Source of the DNA: Bacteroidota bacterium
GTDB lineage: Bacteria > Bacteroidota > Bacteroidia > AKYH767-A > 2013-40CM-41-45
Assembly: GCA_031361545.1 (NCBI GenBank)
Contig: JANLRG010000551.1
Coordinates: forward strand, 1-50,170
DNA: 50,170 nt
Direction of reading: 5' to 3'
Shown in pieces: positions 8,282 through 17,372 of this stretch. Every line of letters starts with the position of its first letter. The stretch's first letter is position 1. Both the position numbers and the translations under genes were made by a program. Under the pieces are notes generated by a model. The model had not been told where the DNA came from and did not search any database. It saw only the letters and a list, made by a program, of their open reading frames with translations.

Positions 8282-9829
8282 ATGAAAAATATATTTATTA
8301 CTTGTTTATTGTTGATACAGTTTGTAGCTCTGAGAGCACAAGAAATCGTTCAACTTCCTATTCCTAAATCAGGAAAGGTGACCATTCGTTATATGTTTAG
8401 AAACGGATCTGTTTCTGATCCTGCCGGTAAAGAAGGACTTACTGCAATTACTACCGATATGTTAGTTGAAAGTGGAACCTCTAAAATGACGGCTACTGAA
8501 ATTCATAAAATGATTTACCCATGGGCCGCTTCTATGAATAGCTCTACAGATAAAGAAGTTTCTATTGTTTCATTTCAAGTTCCTACTCAATTTTTAGATG
8601 CATTTTATAGTAAAGTTGTTCGCGAACTTTTGCTTCATCCTGCATTTGCAAAAAGTGATTTTGATAGACTACTTTCTAATCAACAGAATTATGTTGAACA
8701 AGTAATTCGTCAGTCGAGTGATGAAGAATATGGAAAAAAATATCTTGAATCGTTTTTGTTTAGTGGAACACCTTATGCTCAACTTGTAGAAGGAAATGTA
8801 GCAAGTGTAAGAAAAATTTCTGTTGATGATGTCAAAAAACATTATCAATCATTTTATAGTAACAATAATGTGATGGTAGGAATTGCAGGTGACTATACAA
8901 CAGCTTTTGTAACACGATTGAAAGCTGACGTTGGACTTTTATCACCAGTAAAACCAGCATTGCCGATGCTTTCTATGCCAGCTCAACCGAAAGGAATTTC
9001 TGTAGAAATCGTTTCGAAAAAAGGAGCTTTGGGCTCGGCAGTTTCTGCTGGTTTCCCAATGGATCTTACTAGAGCAAAAGATGATTTTGCTGCATTGATG
9101 GTTGCCAATAGTTGGCTAGGCGAACATCGTAAATCGTATTCGCGACTGTATCAAAAAATTCGTGAAGCACGATCGATGAATTATGGCGATTACACCTATA
9201 TAGAATGGTATGACAATGGTGGATCGAATATGTTACCACCATCAGGTACACCACGAAGCTTAAATTATTTCAGCATTTGGTTGCGACCTGTGCAAACAGC
9301 AAAAGGATTGAAAGGTCAATATCCAGAATTGAATGATATTAAAATTGGTCACGCGCATTTTGCAATACGAATGGCTATTCGAGAAATGGATCAATTAATT
9401 CAGAAAGGAATGACTCAAGAGGATTTTGAAAATACGCGTGATTTTTTAAAAAGCTATTCGAAATTGTATATAGAGACACCATCAAAAAAATTGGGTTATC
9501 TTATGGACAGTCGTTTCTATGGAAGAAAAGATTGGATCAAAGAATTGGATGCTTTGTTATCTAAATTGACTTTGGCAGATGTGAATGCCGCAATTAAAAA
9601 ATATTGGCAAGTTCAAAATATGGACATCGTTATTGTAACTGACGAGTCGGAGTCGGAAGCGCTTGCAACGAGTTTACGCTCGGGAATTTCATCTCCAATT
9701 GCTTATTCCAATACTCTAAAAGCAACTTTACCAAAGGAAATTTTGGACGAAGATGATACGGTAGCAAATTATCCAATCGAAATAAGAGAAGTTAAGATTG
9801 TTAAGTCTGACGAAACATTTCTGAAGTAA
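8282..9829 (+). CDS. M16 family peptidase-like protein lacking HxxEH (probable non-catalytic partner)
   Basis: Signal peptide. M16-like length and layout but no HxxEH. Lies 18 nt after the catalytic paralogue. Confidence 0.7.
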   Translation: MKNIFITCLLLIQFVALRAQEIVQLPIPKSGKVTIRYMFRNGSVSDPAGKEGLTAITTDMLVESGTSKMTATEIHKMIYPWAASMNSSTDKEVSIVSFQVPTQFLDAFYSKVVRELLLHPAFAKSDFDRLLSNQQNYVEQVIRQSSDEEYGKKYLESFLFSGTPYAQLVEGNVASVRKISVDDVKKHYQSFYSNNNVMVGIAGDYTTAFVTRLKADVGLLSPVKPALPMLSMPAQPKGISVEIVSKKGALGSAVSAGFPMDLTRAKDDFAALMVANSWLGEHRKSYSRLYQKIREARSMNYGDYTYIEWYDNGGSNMLPPSGTPRSLNYFSIWLRPVQTAKGLKGQYPELNDIKIGHAHFAIRMAIREMDQLIQKGMTQEDFENTRDFLKSYSKLYIETPSKKLGYLMDSRFYGRKDWIKELDALLSKLTLADVNAAIKKYWQVQNMDIVIVTDESESEALATSLRSGISSPIAYSNTLKATLPKEILDEDDTVANYPIEIREVKIVKSDETFLK

Positions 9830-9844
9830 TAACATCTCCAATTA

Positions 9845-9885
9845 AAAAACGGCCCCATCGAAATTTCGGTGTGGCCGTTTTTTTT
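9845..9885 (+). terminator. Rho-independent terminator after the M16 pair
   Basis: aaaaacggcc...ggccgttttt stem followed by a T run. Confidence 0.7.
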
Positions 9886-10106
9886 AGCAATTTTATAATG
9901 CTTATATAAAAGTGAATTCTCGCTTTGAAATGATTTTTGATTCAGAGTTGAACGAGCCCTTGATTGTTGCAAATAGTCATTTCAATATTTCATTTCTAAT
10001 TCTATTTTTTATTATCTTCGAAGCGAACAATAATTCCTCTCTAGTGATTTAGCAGTCAATAGTTAGCAACCAATTTATAAATAGGAATAATGACTTTGTC
10101 ATTCTA

Positions 10107-10114
10107 TAATTTTG
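10107..10114 (+). promoter_or_regulatory. Possible -7 box (TAATTTTG) for the PBP1A gene
   Basis: Matches TAnnTTTG, 57 nt upstream of the ATG at 10172. Confidence 0.3.
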
Positions 10115-10171
10115 CTGCTCGTTATTCGTTCTACTTTCATTATAACTCGTGTCACCTCTTCGATTATAAAA

Positions 10172-12376
10172 ATGCCAAAATCTTCCAGCTCATTTGCAAA
10201 CTATATCCGATTGTTTTGGATACTTGTAATCATTCCAATATTAATATTAGTCTTTATTATTTTTCTAGCGGCCAAAGGATATATAGGCGAAGAACTCCCA
10301 ACTTTTGAAGACTTAGAAAATCCTAAAAGTAATCTTGCATCAGAAGTATTATCAGAAGACCTCGCTGTACTTGGGAAATATTATGTGCAGAACAGAACCA
10401 ATGTTCACTACTATGAACTTTCTCCAAACATTATCAATGCCCTTAAAGCAACAGAAGATATCCGTTTTGAAAAACATAGTGGCGTTGATTTACGTGGATT
10501 AGTTCGCGTGGTTGTTAGAGCAGGAAGAGCAGGCGGAGGAAGTACACTCACTCAGCAATTGGCAAAAAATCTTTTTCACTCGAAACCAAATTCAAAGCTA
10601 CAACGTGTCATCCAAAAAATTCAAGAGTGGATAATTTCTGTTCAACTTGAACGTCGCTATACGAAGGAAGAAATTTTAGCAATGTATTTAAATACCGTCG
10701 AGTTTAGCAGCAATGCTTTCGGTATAAAATCTGCTACTCAGACTTACTTTGGAAAAATGCCTTCTCAATTAAATGTTCAAGAGGCTGCTGTCTTAGTTGG
10801 AATGCTACAAGCACCAACGAAATTTAATCCGGCAAGAAATCCGAAAAATTCTTTGGCAAGACGAAACATTGTTCTTTCACAATTGAACAAATACAATTTT
10901 ATTTCCGACCAACAATTTGATTCTTTAAAAGCTTTGCCAATTAAATTAAATTTTCAGATGGACGATCACAATTTCGGATTGGCCACTTATTTTAGAGAAG
11001 TTCTTAGAGGAGAATTGCTAGTGTGGTGTAAAGATCATATCAATAATTCGACGGGCAAACCATATAATTTATATACCGACGGATTAAAAATTTATACATC
11101 TATTAATTCGAAGATGCAACATTATGCGGAGGATGCCGTGCGTGTACACATGACAGAGTTGCAACGAAAGTTCAATGAGCATTGGAAGACAAAGGAACCT
11201 TGGGAAGGCCATCCTGAAATTATAGAAGATGGAATGAAAAGAACGGATCGGTACATTGCCATGAAAGCTGAGAATGCTAGTCAGAAAGAAATCGATGAAG
11301 CATTCAAGAAAAAAGTATCAATGACTATCTTTACTTGGAAGGGCGAAGTAGATACTGTCCTTTCTCCGCTCGACAGTTTAAAATATTATAAGAAATTTTT
11401 GCAGACTGGTTTTATGTCGATGGATCCACAAAGTGGATATGTAAAAGCATGGGTAGGAGGAAATGACTATCGTTATTTTAAATATGATCATGTGAAAGAA
11501 GGAACTCGCCAAGTAGGTTCAACTTTCAAACCGTTCTTATACACCTTAGCAATGCAAGAAGGATATTCGCCTTGTTATAAAATTCCAAATGTAAAAGTCA
11601 CTTTTGATTTACCAACCGGCGAACAATGGTCACCTTCAAATGCTGATGGAAAATATGGTGGAATGCTTACATTAAAACAAGGACTTGCCGAATCAGTAAA
11701 TTGTATCTCTGCTTATCTGATGAAACAATTTGGTCCCGATGCAATGATTTCTATTGCAAGGCGAATGGGAATCACCTCTCCGATCGATGCTGTTCCCGCT
11801 ATTTGTTTGGGAACTCCCGATGTTTCAGTATATGAAATGGTCGGCGCGTATTCTACTTTTGCAAACAAAGGTGTTTGGACACAACCAGCTTATTTGATGC
11901 GCATAGAAGATAAAAATGGAAATGTGCTGCAAGAATTTGTGCCTCGAAAAGTTGAAGCCATTAGTGAAGAAACTGCCTACTTAATGGTCAGCTTGATGAA
12001 AGGTGTTGTTGAGTTTGGAACAGGAGCGCGTCTGCGAGGACAATATAAATTGACAAATCCAATAGCTGGTAAAACAGGTACTACACAAAATCAAAGTGAT
12101 GGTTGGTTTATGGGAATAACTCCCGACTTAGTTTCTGGTTGTTGGGTGGGAGCTGAAGATCGTATCGTTCATTTTAGATCGCTCGAGTTAGGACAAGGCG
12201 CGAGAACTGCACTTCCTATCTGGGCACTTTACATGCAAAGTATTTATGGTGATAAAACAATTAATTTATCGAAGAGAGATTTTACTCCGCCAAAAGAAAA
12301 GTTGAGCGTCGAATTAAATTGTGATAAATACACTCAACCAGGATCAGATCATAATCAGGATAAAGACAACTTTTAG
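10172..12376 (+). CDS. mrcA: Penicillin-binding protein 1A (bifunctional transglycosylase/transpeptidase)
   Basis: GT51 motif EDIRFEKHSGVD. Transpeptidase motifs STFKP and KTGTT. N-terminal membrane anchor. ATG at 10172 preferred over the TTG at 10112. Confidence 0.9.
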   Translation: MPKSSSSFANYIRLFWILVIIPILILVFIIFLAAKGYIGEELPTFEDLENPKSNLASEVLSEDLAVLGKYYVQNRTNVHYYELSPNIINALKATEDIRFEKHSGVDLRGLVRVVVRAGRAGGGSTLTQQLAKNLFHSKPNSKLQRVIQKIQEWIISVQLERRYTKEEILAMYLNTVEFSSNAFGIKSATQTYFGKMPSQLNVQEAAVLVGMLQAPTKFNPARNPKNSLARRNIVLSQLNKYNFISDQQFDSLKALPIKLNFQMDDHNFGLATYFREVLRGELLVWCKDHINNSTGKPYNLYTDGLKIYTSINSKMQHYAEDAVRVHMTELQRKFNEHWKTKEPWEGHPEIIEDGMKRTDRYIAMKAENASQKEIDEAFKKKVSMTIFTWKGEVDTVLSPLDSLKYYKKFLQTGFMSMDPQSGYVKAWVGGNDYRYFKYDHVKEGTRQVGSTFKPFLYTLAMQEGYSPCYKIPNVKVTFDLPTGEQWSPSNADGKYGGMLTLKQGLAESVNCISAYLMKQFGPDAMISIARRMGITSPIDAVPAICLGTPDVSVYEMVGAYSTFANKGVWTQPAYLMRIEDKNGNVLQEFVPRKVEAISEETAYLMVSLMKGVVEFGTGARLRGQYKLTNPIAGKTGTTQNQSDGWFMGITPDLVSGCWVGAEDRIVHFRSLELGQGARTALPIWALYMQSIYGDKTINLSKRDFTPPKEKLSVELNCDKYTQPGSDHNQDKDNF

Positions 12377-12480
12377 GATTGAGGATTGAGAATTGATAAT
12401 TGAGAATAAATTTAAGATTGAAAATTGAGAATTGATGATTGAGAATAAATTTAAGATTGAAAATTGATAATTTAAAATTG
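12377..12480. repeat. Heptamer-period repeat tract (GATTGAG/AATTGAT units) containing a 39-bp tandem duplication
   Basis: Units at 12388-12426 and 12427-12465 differ at one base. Same word family as 32721-32939. Ends 5 nt before the scoA ATG. Confidence 0.85.
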
Positions 12481-12485
12481 CAGAT

Positions 12486-13184
12486 ATGAATAAAGTCGTA
12501 GCAAATGCAGATGAGGCCATTCGCGATATGAAAGATAACATCACTGTGATGGTCGGGGGTTTTGGATTATGCGGTATCCCTGAAAATTCTATTGCTGCAA
12601 TGGTGAAAAAGGGAATCAAAGGTTTAACATGCATCAGCAACAACGCGGGAGTCGATGATTTCGGCTTGGGTCTTCTTCTACATGCGAGGCAAATAAAAAA
12701 AATGATTTCTTCTTACGTCGGGGAAAACGCAGAATTTGAACGTCAGTTACTTTCTGGCGAACTTGAAGTAGATCTAATTCCACAAGGAACTTTGGCGACA
12801 CGATGTTTAGCAGCTGGATATGGTATGCCTGCAATTTTTACTGCTGCTGGCGTTGGAACAGAAGTGGCTATCGGAAAAGAAATTCGCAACTTCAATGGTA
12901 AAGATTATTTAATGGAATATGCTTTTGATGCCGACTTCGCTGTTGTTAAAGCGTGGAAAGGTGATACACACGGCAATTTAATTTTTCATGAAACGGCTCG
13001 AAATTTTAATCCGCTTATGGCAATGGCCGGAAAAATCACCATAGCTGAAGTAGAAGAGTTGGTCCCTGCTGGCCAACTTGATCCTAATAATATTCATACT
13101 CCTGGAATTTATGTTCACCGTATTTTTAAGGGAGAAAATTATGAAAAGAGAATAGAACAGAGAACAGTGCAAATGCGAAATTAA
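12486..13184 (+). CDS. scoA: 3-oxoacid (succinyl-CoA:acetoacetate) CoA-transferase subunit A
   Basis: 232 aa. [13 protein letters not shown] and downstream family I CoA-transferase A-subunit pattern. Confidence 0.9.
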   Translation: MNKVVANADEAIRDMKDNITVMVGGFGLCGIPENSIAAMVKKGIKGLTCISNNAGVDDFGLGLLLHARQIKKMISSYVGENAEFERQLLSGELEVDLIPQGTLATRCLAAGYGMPAIFTAAGVGTEVAIGKEIRNFNGKDYLMEYAFDADFAVVKAWKGDTHGNLIFHETARNFNPLMAMAGKITIAEVEELVPAGQLDPNNIHTPGIYVHRIFKGENYEKRIEQRTVQMRN

Positions 13185-13193
13185 TTTCGAAGC

Positions 13194-14993
13194 ATGGAAA
13201 TAAATACACAAACCTCTTGGAGTAAGTATGCAATCTGGACAATCATTTTATTTTGGTTGGCTTTTTTTATTAATGAAAAAGAATGGCTGAAACAAAATGT
13301 AGTTTGGGACGTTATTTTTTATTACGGCTATCTCCCTGCTAAATTTATTTTTCACGATCTCTCGTTAAAATTTACATTGACCGATGTCAATAAATTCCAC
13401 TCGTTATTTATTCCTGAGCTTGCACCAAATGGGGGATTGGTGATTAAGACTACAATGGGTCTTAGTTTTCTTTATGCACCGTTTTTTTTAATTGCAAATT
13501 TTTGTGCAAAGGCTTTTGGTTATCCTGTTGACGGATTATCGATGCCTTATCAAGTTGGGTTGATGGCAAGTGCTTTCTTTTATCTCATCATCGGATTGGT
13601 TTTTATTCGCAAACTATTGAGATTATATTTTGATGAAGTAACAACTGCATTAACCATCATTGGTATTTATTTCGGATCAAACTTATTGTGGTACACAACT
13701 GGTGAAGCACTAATGTCGCACGGGTATTTATTTTCTATTACTGCTATTTATTTTTATTTGATTGTGAAATGGTTTGAAAGAGAAACCTTTTTGCAAACTT
13801 TTTTACTTGGACTTTTGATTGGATTAATGATTTTAATTAGGCCCACAATGGTTTTGTTATTGCTGCCTTTTATTTTTTATATCTGCCAAAAGAATGGAAG
13901 TATATCTAATTTCTTAAAATATCTATGGGAAAGAAAGTGGAAATTTTTATTGATGATCTTCATCTGTTTCCTCGTGGCAGTTCCGCAATTGATTTATTGG
14001 AAAAAAATCACTGGCAACTATTTATTTTTTAGCTATAACGAAGAGCGATTTTATTTTAATCATCCTCATATTCTCGACGGATTATTTAGTTATCGAAAAG
14101 GGTGGTTGCTTTATTCACCTTTGATGGCTCTCTCTGTCTTTGGATTATTTGTAATGAAAAATAAAGTAAAGGATTTTAAAATTGGAATCATCACCACTTT
14201 TTTTATTTCCATTTATGTTTTCTTTTCGTGGTGGACTTGGTGGTTTGGAGGATCGTACGGGAGTCGCCCAATGATTGATTTGTATGCTATGCTTGCTTTA
14301 CCTTTTGCAGCTTCAATCGATTTTTTTCGAATGAATAAAAAAAGATTTTATTTTTTTATTCCCATCGCAGCGTTTTTATTATTTCTAGGTGCATTTCAGA
14401 ACTGGCAGTATAAACATGGATTGATTCATTTTGAAGGTAACACGAAAAAGTCTTATTGGCAAAATTTTCTTCGCACCACAATGGGCGAAAATTGGTGGGA
14501 TAATATTGAACGGCCCGATTATGATTCAGCTGTGCTTGGAATTGAATCTGTAGTTAAAGTTGGAAATCATAGAATAGGCTTTGATTGGAAAAAATATGAA
14601 AACCCAATACACCCGCTTTTCCCAACTGTTATTCTCAATTCTGACAACCTTTATTCAAGCTCATTAAAAATTCCTTTAAAAGATCTTTTGGATTTAAAAG
14701 CCGACATGATTTATTTTAATGCTTTTCTTAAGTGCGAAGAGTCAATAAAAATAGAGGATGTTTTTTTTATTTTCTCCTTTGAAAATGACTCAGGAGTTGT
14801 TTCAATCACCAATCGTGATTTAGCATTATCAAATAATATAAAAATAAGTGAGTGGTCGCCGATAGAAGTTAAAATGAAAGTCGATTCCACTAATTTCCAA
14901 AATGCAACTTTCTTGAATCTATTTGTTCATAAGGTTTCAAAGTCAAAAATGATTTTTAAAGACTATTCTATTACATATAATGTATTGAAATAA
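13194..14993 (+). CDS. Polytopic membrane protein, probable GT-C fold glycosyltransferase (ArnT/PMT-like) with C-terminal soluble domain
   Basis: ~10-11 hydrophobic helices over residues 1-405. First loop has WDVIFYYGYLPA with an Asp. GGSYGSRPMID segment. ~190-aa non-hydrophobic C-terminus. Starts 9 nt after the scoA stop. Confidence 0.5.
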   Translation: MEINTQTSWSKYAIWTIILFWLAFFINEKEWLKQNVVWDVIFYYGYLPAKFIFHDLSLKFTLTDVNKFHSLFIPELAPNGGLVIKTTMGLSFLYAPFFLIANFCAKAFGYPVDGLSMPYQVGLMASAFFYLIIGLVFIRKLLRLYFDEVTTALTIIGIYFGSNLLWYTTGEALMSHGYLFSITAIYFYLIVKWFERETFLQTFLLGLLIGLMILIRPTMVLLLLPFIFYICQKNGSISNFLKYLWERKWKFLLMIFICFLVAVPQLIYWKKITGNYLFFSYNEERFYFNHPHILDGLFSYRKGWLLYSPLMALSVFGLFVMKNKVKDFKIGIITTFFISIYVFFSWWTWWFGGSYGSRPMIDLYAMLALPFAASIDFFRMNKKRFYFFIPIAAFLLFLGAFQNWQYKHGLIHFEGNTKKSYWQNFLRTTMGENWWDNIERPDYDSAVLGIESVVKVGNHRIGFDWKKYENPIHPLFPTVILNSDNLYSSSLKIPLKDLLDLKADMIYFNAFLKCEESIKIEDVFFIFSFENDSGVVSITNRDLALSNNIKISEWSPIEVKMKVDSTNFQNATFLNLFVHKVSKSKMIFKDYSITYNVLK

Positions 14994-15006
14994 TATTGAA
15001 ATCAAT

Positions 15007-15729
15007 TTATTTCATTTTAAAAAGTCCATACTTAATTAATGTCTTAAAAATTCGTATTCCATCCAGATTTTTTAATTTTTTACCCTCACCACGGTTGCGG
15101 GGAAAGTATCGAACAGGAACTTCTGCTATCCAGTTTTTTTGAAATCGGCCACACTTCAGAATAAGTTCAGCTTCAAATCCAAATCGATTCTCTTTCAAAT
15201 TTAATTTTTCAAATAGATTTTTGTCAAATAATTTATATCCGCAGGCCACATCAGTAATGTGAACGTCAATAAAAACAGAAGCAATGAGAGAAAATAATTT
15301 ATTGAAAAAGTATCTTCTGAATGCAGCTTGTGTTCGCAGCACTCCAGGAATATATCGCGAACCATTAATAAATGGAACTCCTAATTCTTGTTTGGCCGAC
15401 AATAAAGATGGAATGTCTTTAGGCGTTAATTCTAAATCTGAATCTTGAATTAAAATGATATCACCAGTAGAATGAGTTATTCCTGTTTTGACAGCAGCAC
15501 CCTTTCCTAAATTAATTTCATGTTGAAAGAGAAAAATATTTTTATCATTAGAGTTTTCTATATACTTTTTCACTTTTTCAAACGATTGGTCTTTCGAACA
15601 ATCATCAACAACTATAATTTCATAAGTATCCAAAAATTGTGGATACTGCACCGAACACAATTCATCCAATACCTGAATCACTAAATCTTGTTCGTTGTAG
15701 AGTGGAATAATTATACTTAATTTCATCAT
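15007..15729 (-). CDS. GT2 glycosyltransferase, DPM1/ArnC-like (polyprenyl-phosphate sugar synthase type), copy a
   Basis: IIIPLYNE, VVDDCSKD, GKGAAVKTG and QDSDLE motifs. 240 aa with no TM segment. Confidence 0.75.
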   Translation of the reverse strand: MMKLSIIIPLYNEQDLVIQVLDELCSVQYPQFLDTYEIIVVDDCSKDQSFEKVKKYIENSNDKNIFLFQHEINLGKGAAVKTGITHSTGDIILIQDSDLELTPKDIPSLLSAKQELGVPFINGSRYIPGVLRTQAAFRRYFFNKLFSLIASVFIDVHITDVACGYKLFDKNLFEKLNLKENRFGFEAELILKCGRFQKNWIAEVPVRYFPRNRGEGKKLKNLDGIRIFKTLIKYGLFKMK

Positions 15730-15837
15730 GTGTTCAAAGGAAAGAAAATTAAATGTAATTTGTAACTATTGTAATCCTGCTTCTATAAATTTCTTTTTTA
15801 ATTGCAGTTAGATATTTAGTAGTAGATTCAATTAATA

Positions 15838-16530
15838 ATGATATTTTTGGAACAAATTGCATCTGAAATGGCACTCGATAAAAATGGTATTGCAAAGCGA
15901 ATCTCACGCGAAGTAAAAGATGGTTATTATGTCAATTTGGGAATAGGAATTCCAACATTGGTTGCCAATTATATTCCAACAGGAATGAATGTCGTTTTGC
16001 AATCTGAAAATGGATTACTAGGAATGGGACCATTTCCATTTGAAGGCGAGGAAGATGCTGATTTAATTAATGCTGGTAAGCAAACAATTACTACTGTGCC
16101 GGGCTCCGCTTTTTTTGATTCAGCGATGAGCTTCGGAATGATACGGGCCGGAAAAGTAGATTTGACAATTCTCGGTGCAATGGAGGTCAGTGAAAATGGA
16201 GACATAGCGAATTGGAAAATTCCAGGTAAGATGGTGAAAGGAATGGGCGGCGCGATGGATTTAGTAGCAGCAGCTAGAAATATTATTGTTGCTATGCAAC
16301 ATGTCAATAAAGCGGGAGAATCAAAATTACTTTCGCAGTGCTCGCTACCTTTAACCGGAATTCGTTGTGTGAAAAGAATTGTAACTGAATTAGCAGTGGT
16401 AGATGTATTACCACAAGGTGGATTTAAACTGATTGAAAGAGCTCCTGGTGTAAGTACGCAGGAAGTGATTAATGCAACAGCAGGGAAACTTATCGTTGAA
16501 GGTCAGATTCCTGAGATGGTGATTGATTAA
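15838..16530 (+). CDS. scoB: 3-oxoacid CoA-transferase subunit B
   Basis: LQSENGLLG active-site Glu segment and KGMGGAMDL. The ATG at 15868 (MALDKNG..) is an equally plausible start. Confidence 0.9.
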   Translation: MIFLEQIASEMALDKNGIAKRISREVKDGYYVNLGIGIPTLVANYIPTGMNVVLQSENGLLGMGPFPFEGEEDADLINAGKQTITTVPGSAFFDSAMSFGMIRAGKVDLTILGAMEVSENGDIANWKIPGKMVKGMGGAMDLVAAARNIIVAMQHVNKAGESKLLSQCSLPLTGIRCVKRIVTELAVVDVLPQGGFKLIERAPGVSTQEVINATAGKLIVEGQIPEMVID

Positions 16531-16640
16531 TATGTTATTGACCATAGTTCACGAGTTCAGGTTTTTCTAGAACTATTTAGATTTACATTCGTACAACTTC
16601 GCTGTTGTTTACCTAGCAAATTTTATCGAAACAATACGAT

Positions 16641-17369
16641 ATGCCCACCAATACAATCAACACTCTTTCTATTCTTGTTCCTGCTTACAATGAAGAAAGA
16701 ACGATTCATCTTATTCTTGAAAAGGTGATGGCTGTTAATTTAGGACCTATAAAAAAAGAAATTATTATAGTGAATGATTGCTCTAAGGATGATACTAAAG
16801 GTGTCATCGAACGATTCATTTCCTCTCATCCCGAAACTGACATCAAATTATTTAGTCACGAAATCAATAAAGGAAAAGGTGCTGCTATTCATTCCGGAAT
16901 TAAATTTGCCTCCGGCGATTGTATCATTGTTCAAGATGCCGACTTAGAATATAATCCGGAAGAGTTCAACATTCTTTTAGTTCCAATCCTTGAAGGATTT
17001 GCAGACGTTGTTTATGGTTCGCGTTTTATCGGTGGTAAACCGCATCGCATTCTTTTTTTCTGGCATTCTATCGGAAACAAATGGCTAACATTTTTGTCAA
17101 ATGCTTTCACTAACCTAAATTTAACTGATATGGAAACATGTTACAAAATGTTTCGTGCCGACATCATCAAAAACCTTGACTTAAAAGAAAAACGTTTTGG
17201 TTTTGAACCAGAAGTTACTGCGAAAATGTCTCGAGTAAAAAATGTGAAAATATACGAAGTTGGTATTTCTTATTTCGGCCGTACCTATGCCGAAGGAAAA
17301 AAGATTGGCTGGAAGGACGCTGTTAGAACGCTATGGTGTATTCTGAAATATAATATTTGGTCGAAATAA
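16641..17369 (+). CDS. GT2 glycosyltransferase, DPM1/ArnC-like, copy b (paralogue of 15007-15729)
   Basis: [25 protein letters not shown] and QDADLE. 242 aa, collinear with copy a. Confidence 0.75.
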   Translation: MPTNTINTLSILVPAYNEERTIHLILEKVMAVNLGPIKKEIIIVNDCSKDDTKGVIERFISSHPETDIKLFSHEINKGKGAAIHSGIKFASGDCIIVQDADLEYNPEEFNILLVPILEGFADVVYGSRFIGGKPHRILFFWHSIGNKWLTFLSNAFTNLNLTDMETCYKMFRADIIKNLDLKEKRFGFEPEVTAKMSRVKNVKIYEVGISYFGRTYAEGKKIGWKDAVRTLWCILKYNIWSK

Positions 17370-17372
17370 TTT

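Noticed and set aside
12377-12480. Possible CRISPR array (also considered for 32721-32939)
   Set aside because: The units are 7 bp, or a 39-bp tandem pair with no unique spacers between them. There are no cas genes in the window.
12344-12643. 99-aa minus-strand ORF spanning the repeat tract
   Set aside because: It is translated from the heptamer repeats (its repeated SILNLFSIINSQ simply reflects the 39-bp duplication) and overlaps the well-supported scoA start.
13185-15837. Mobile-element origin of the cassette splitting scoA and scoB
   Set aside because: I looked for an integrase, transposase, tRNA target, terminal inverted repeats or flanking direct repeats and found none. The insertion idea is kept only as an inference in the findings.
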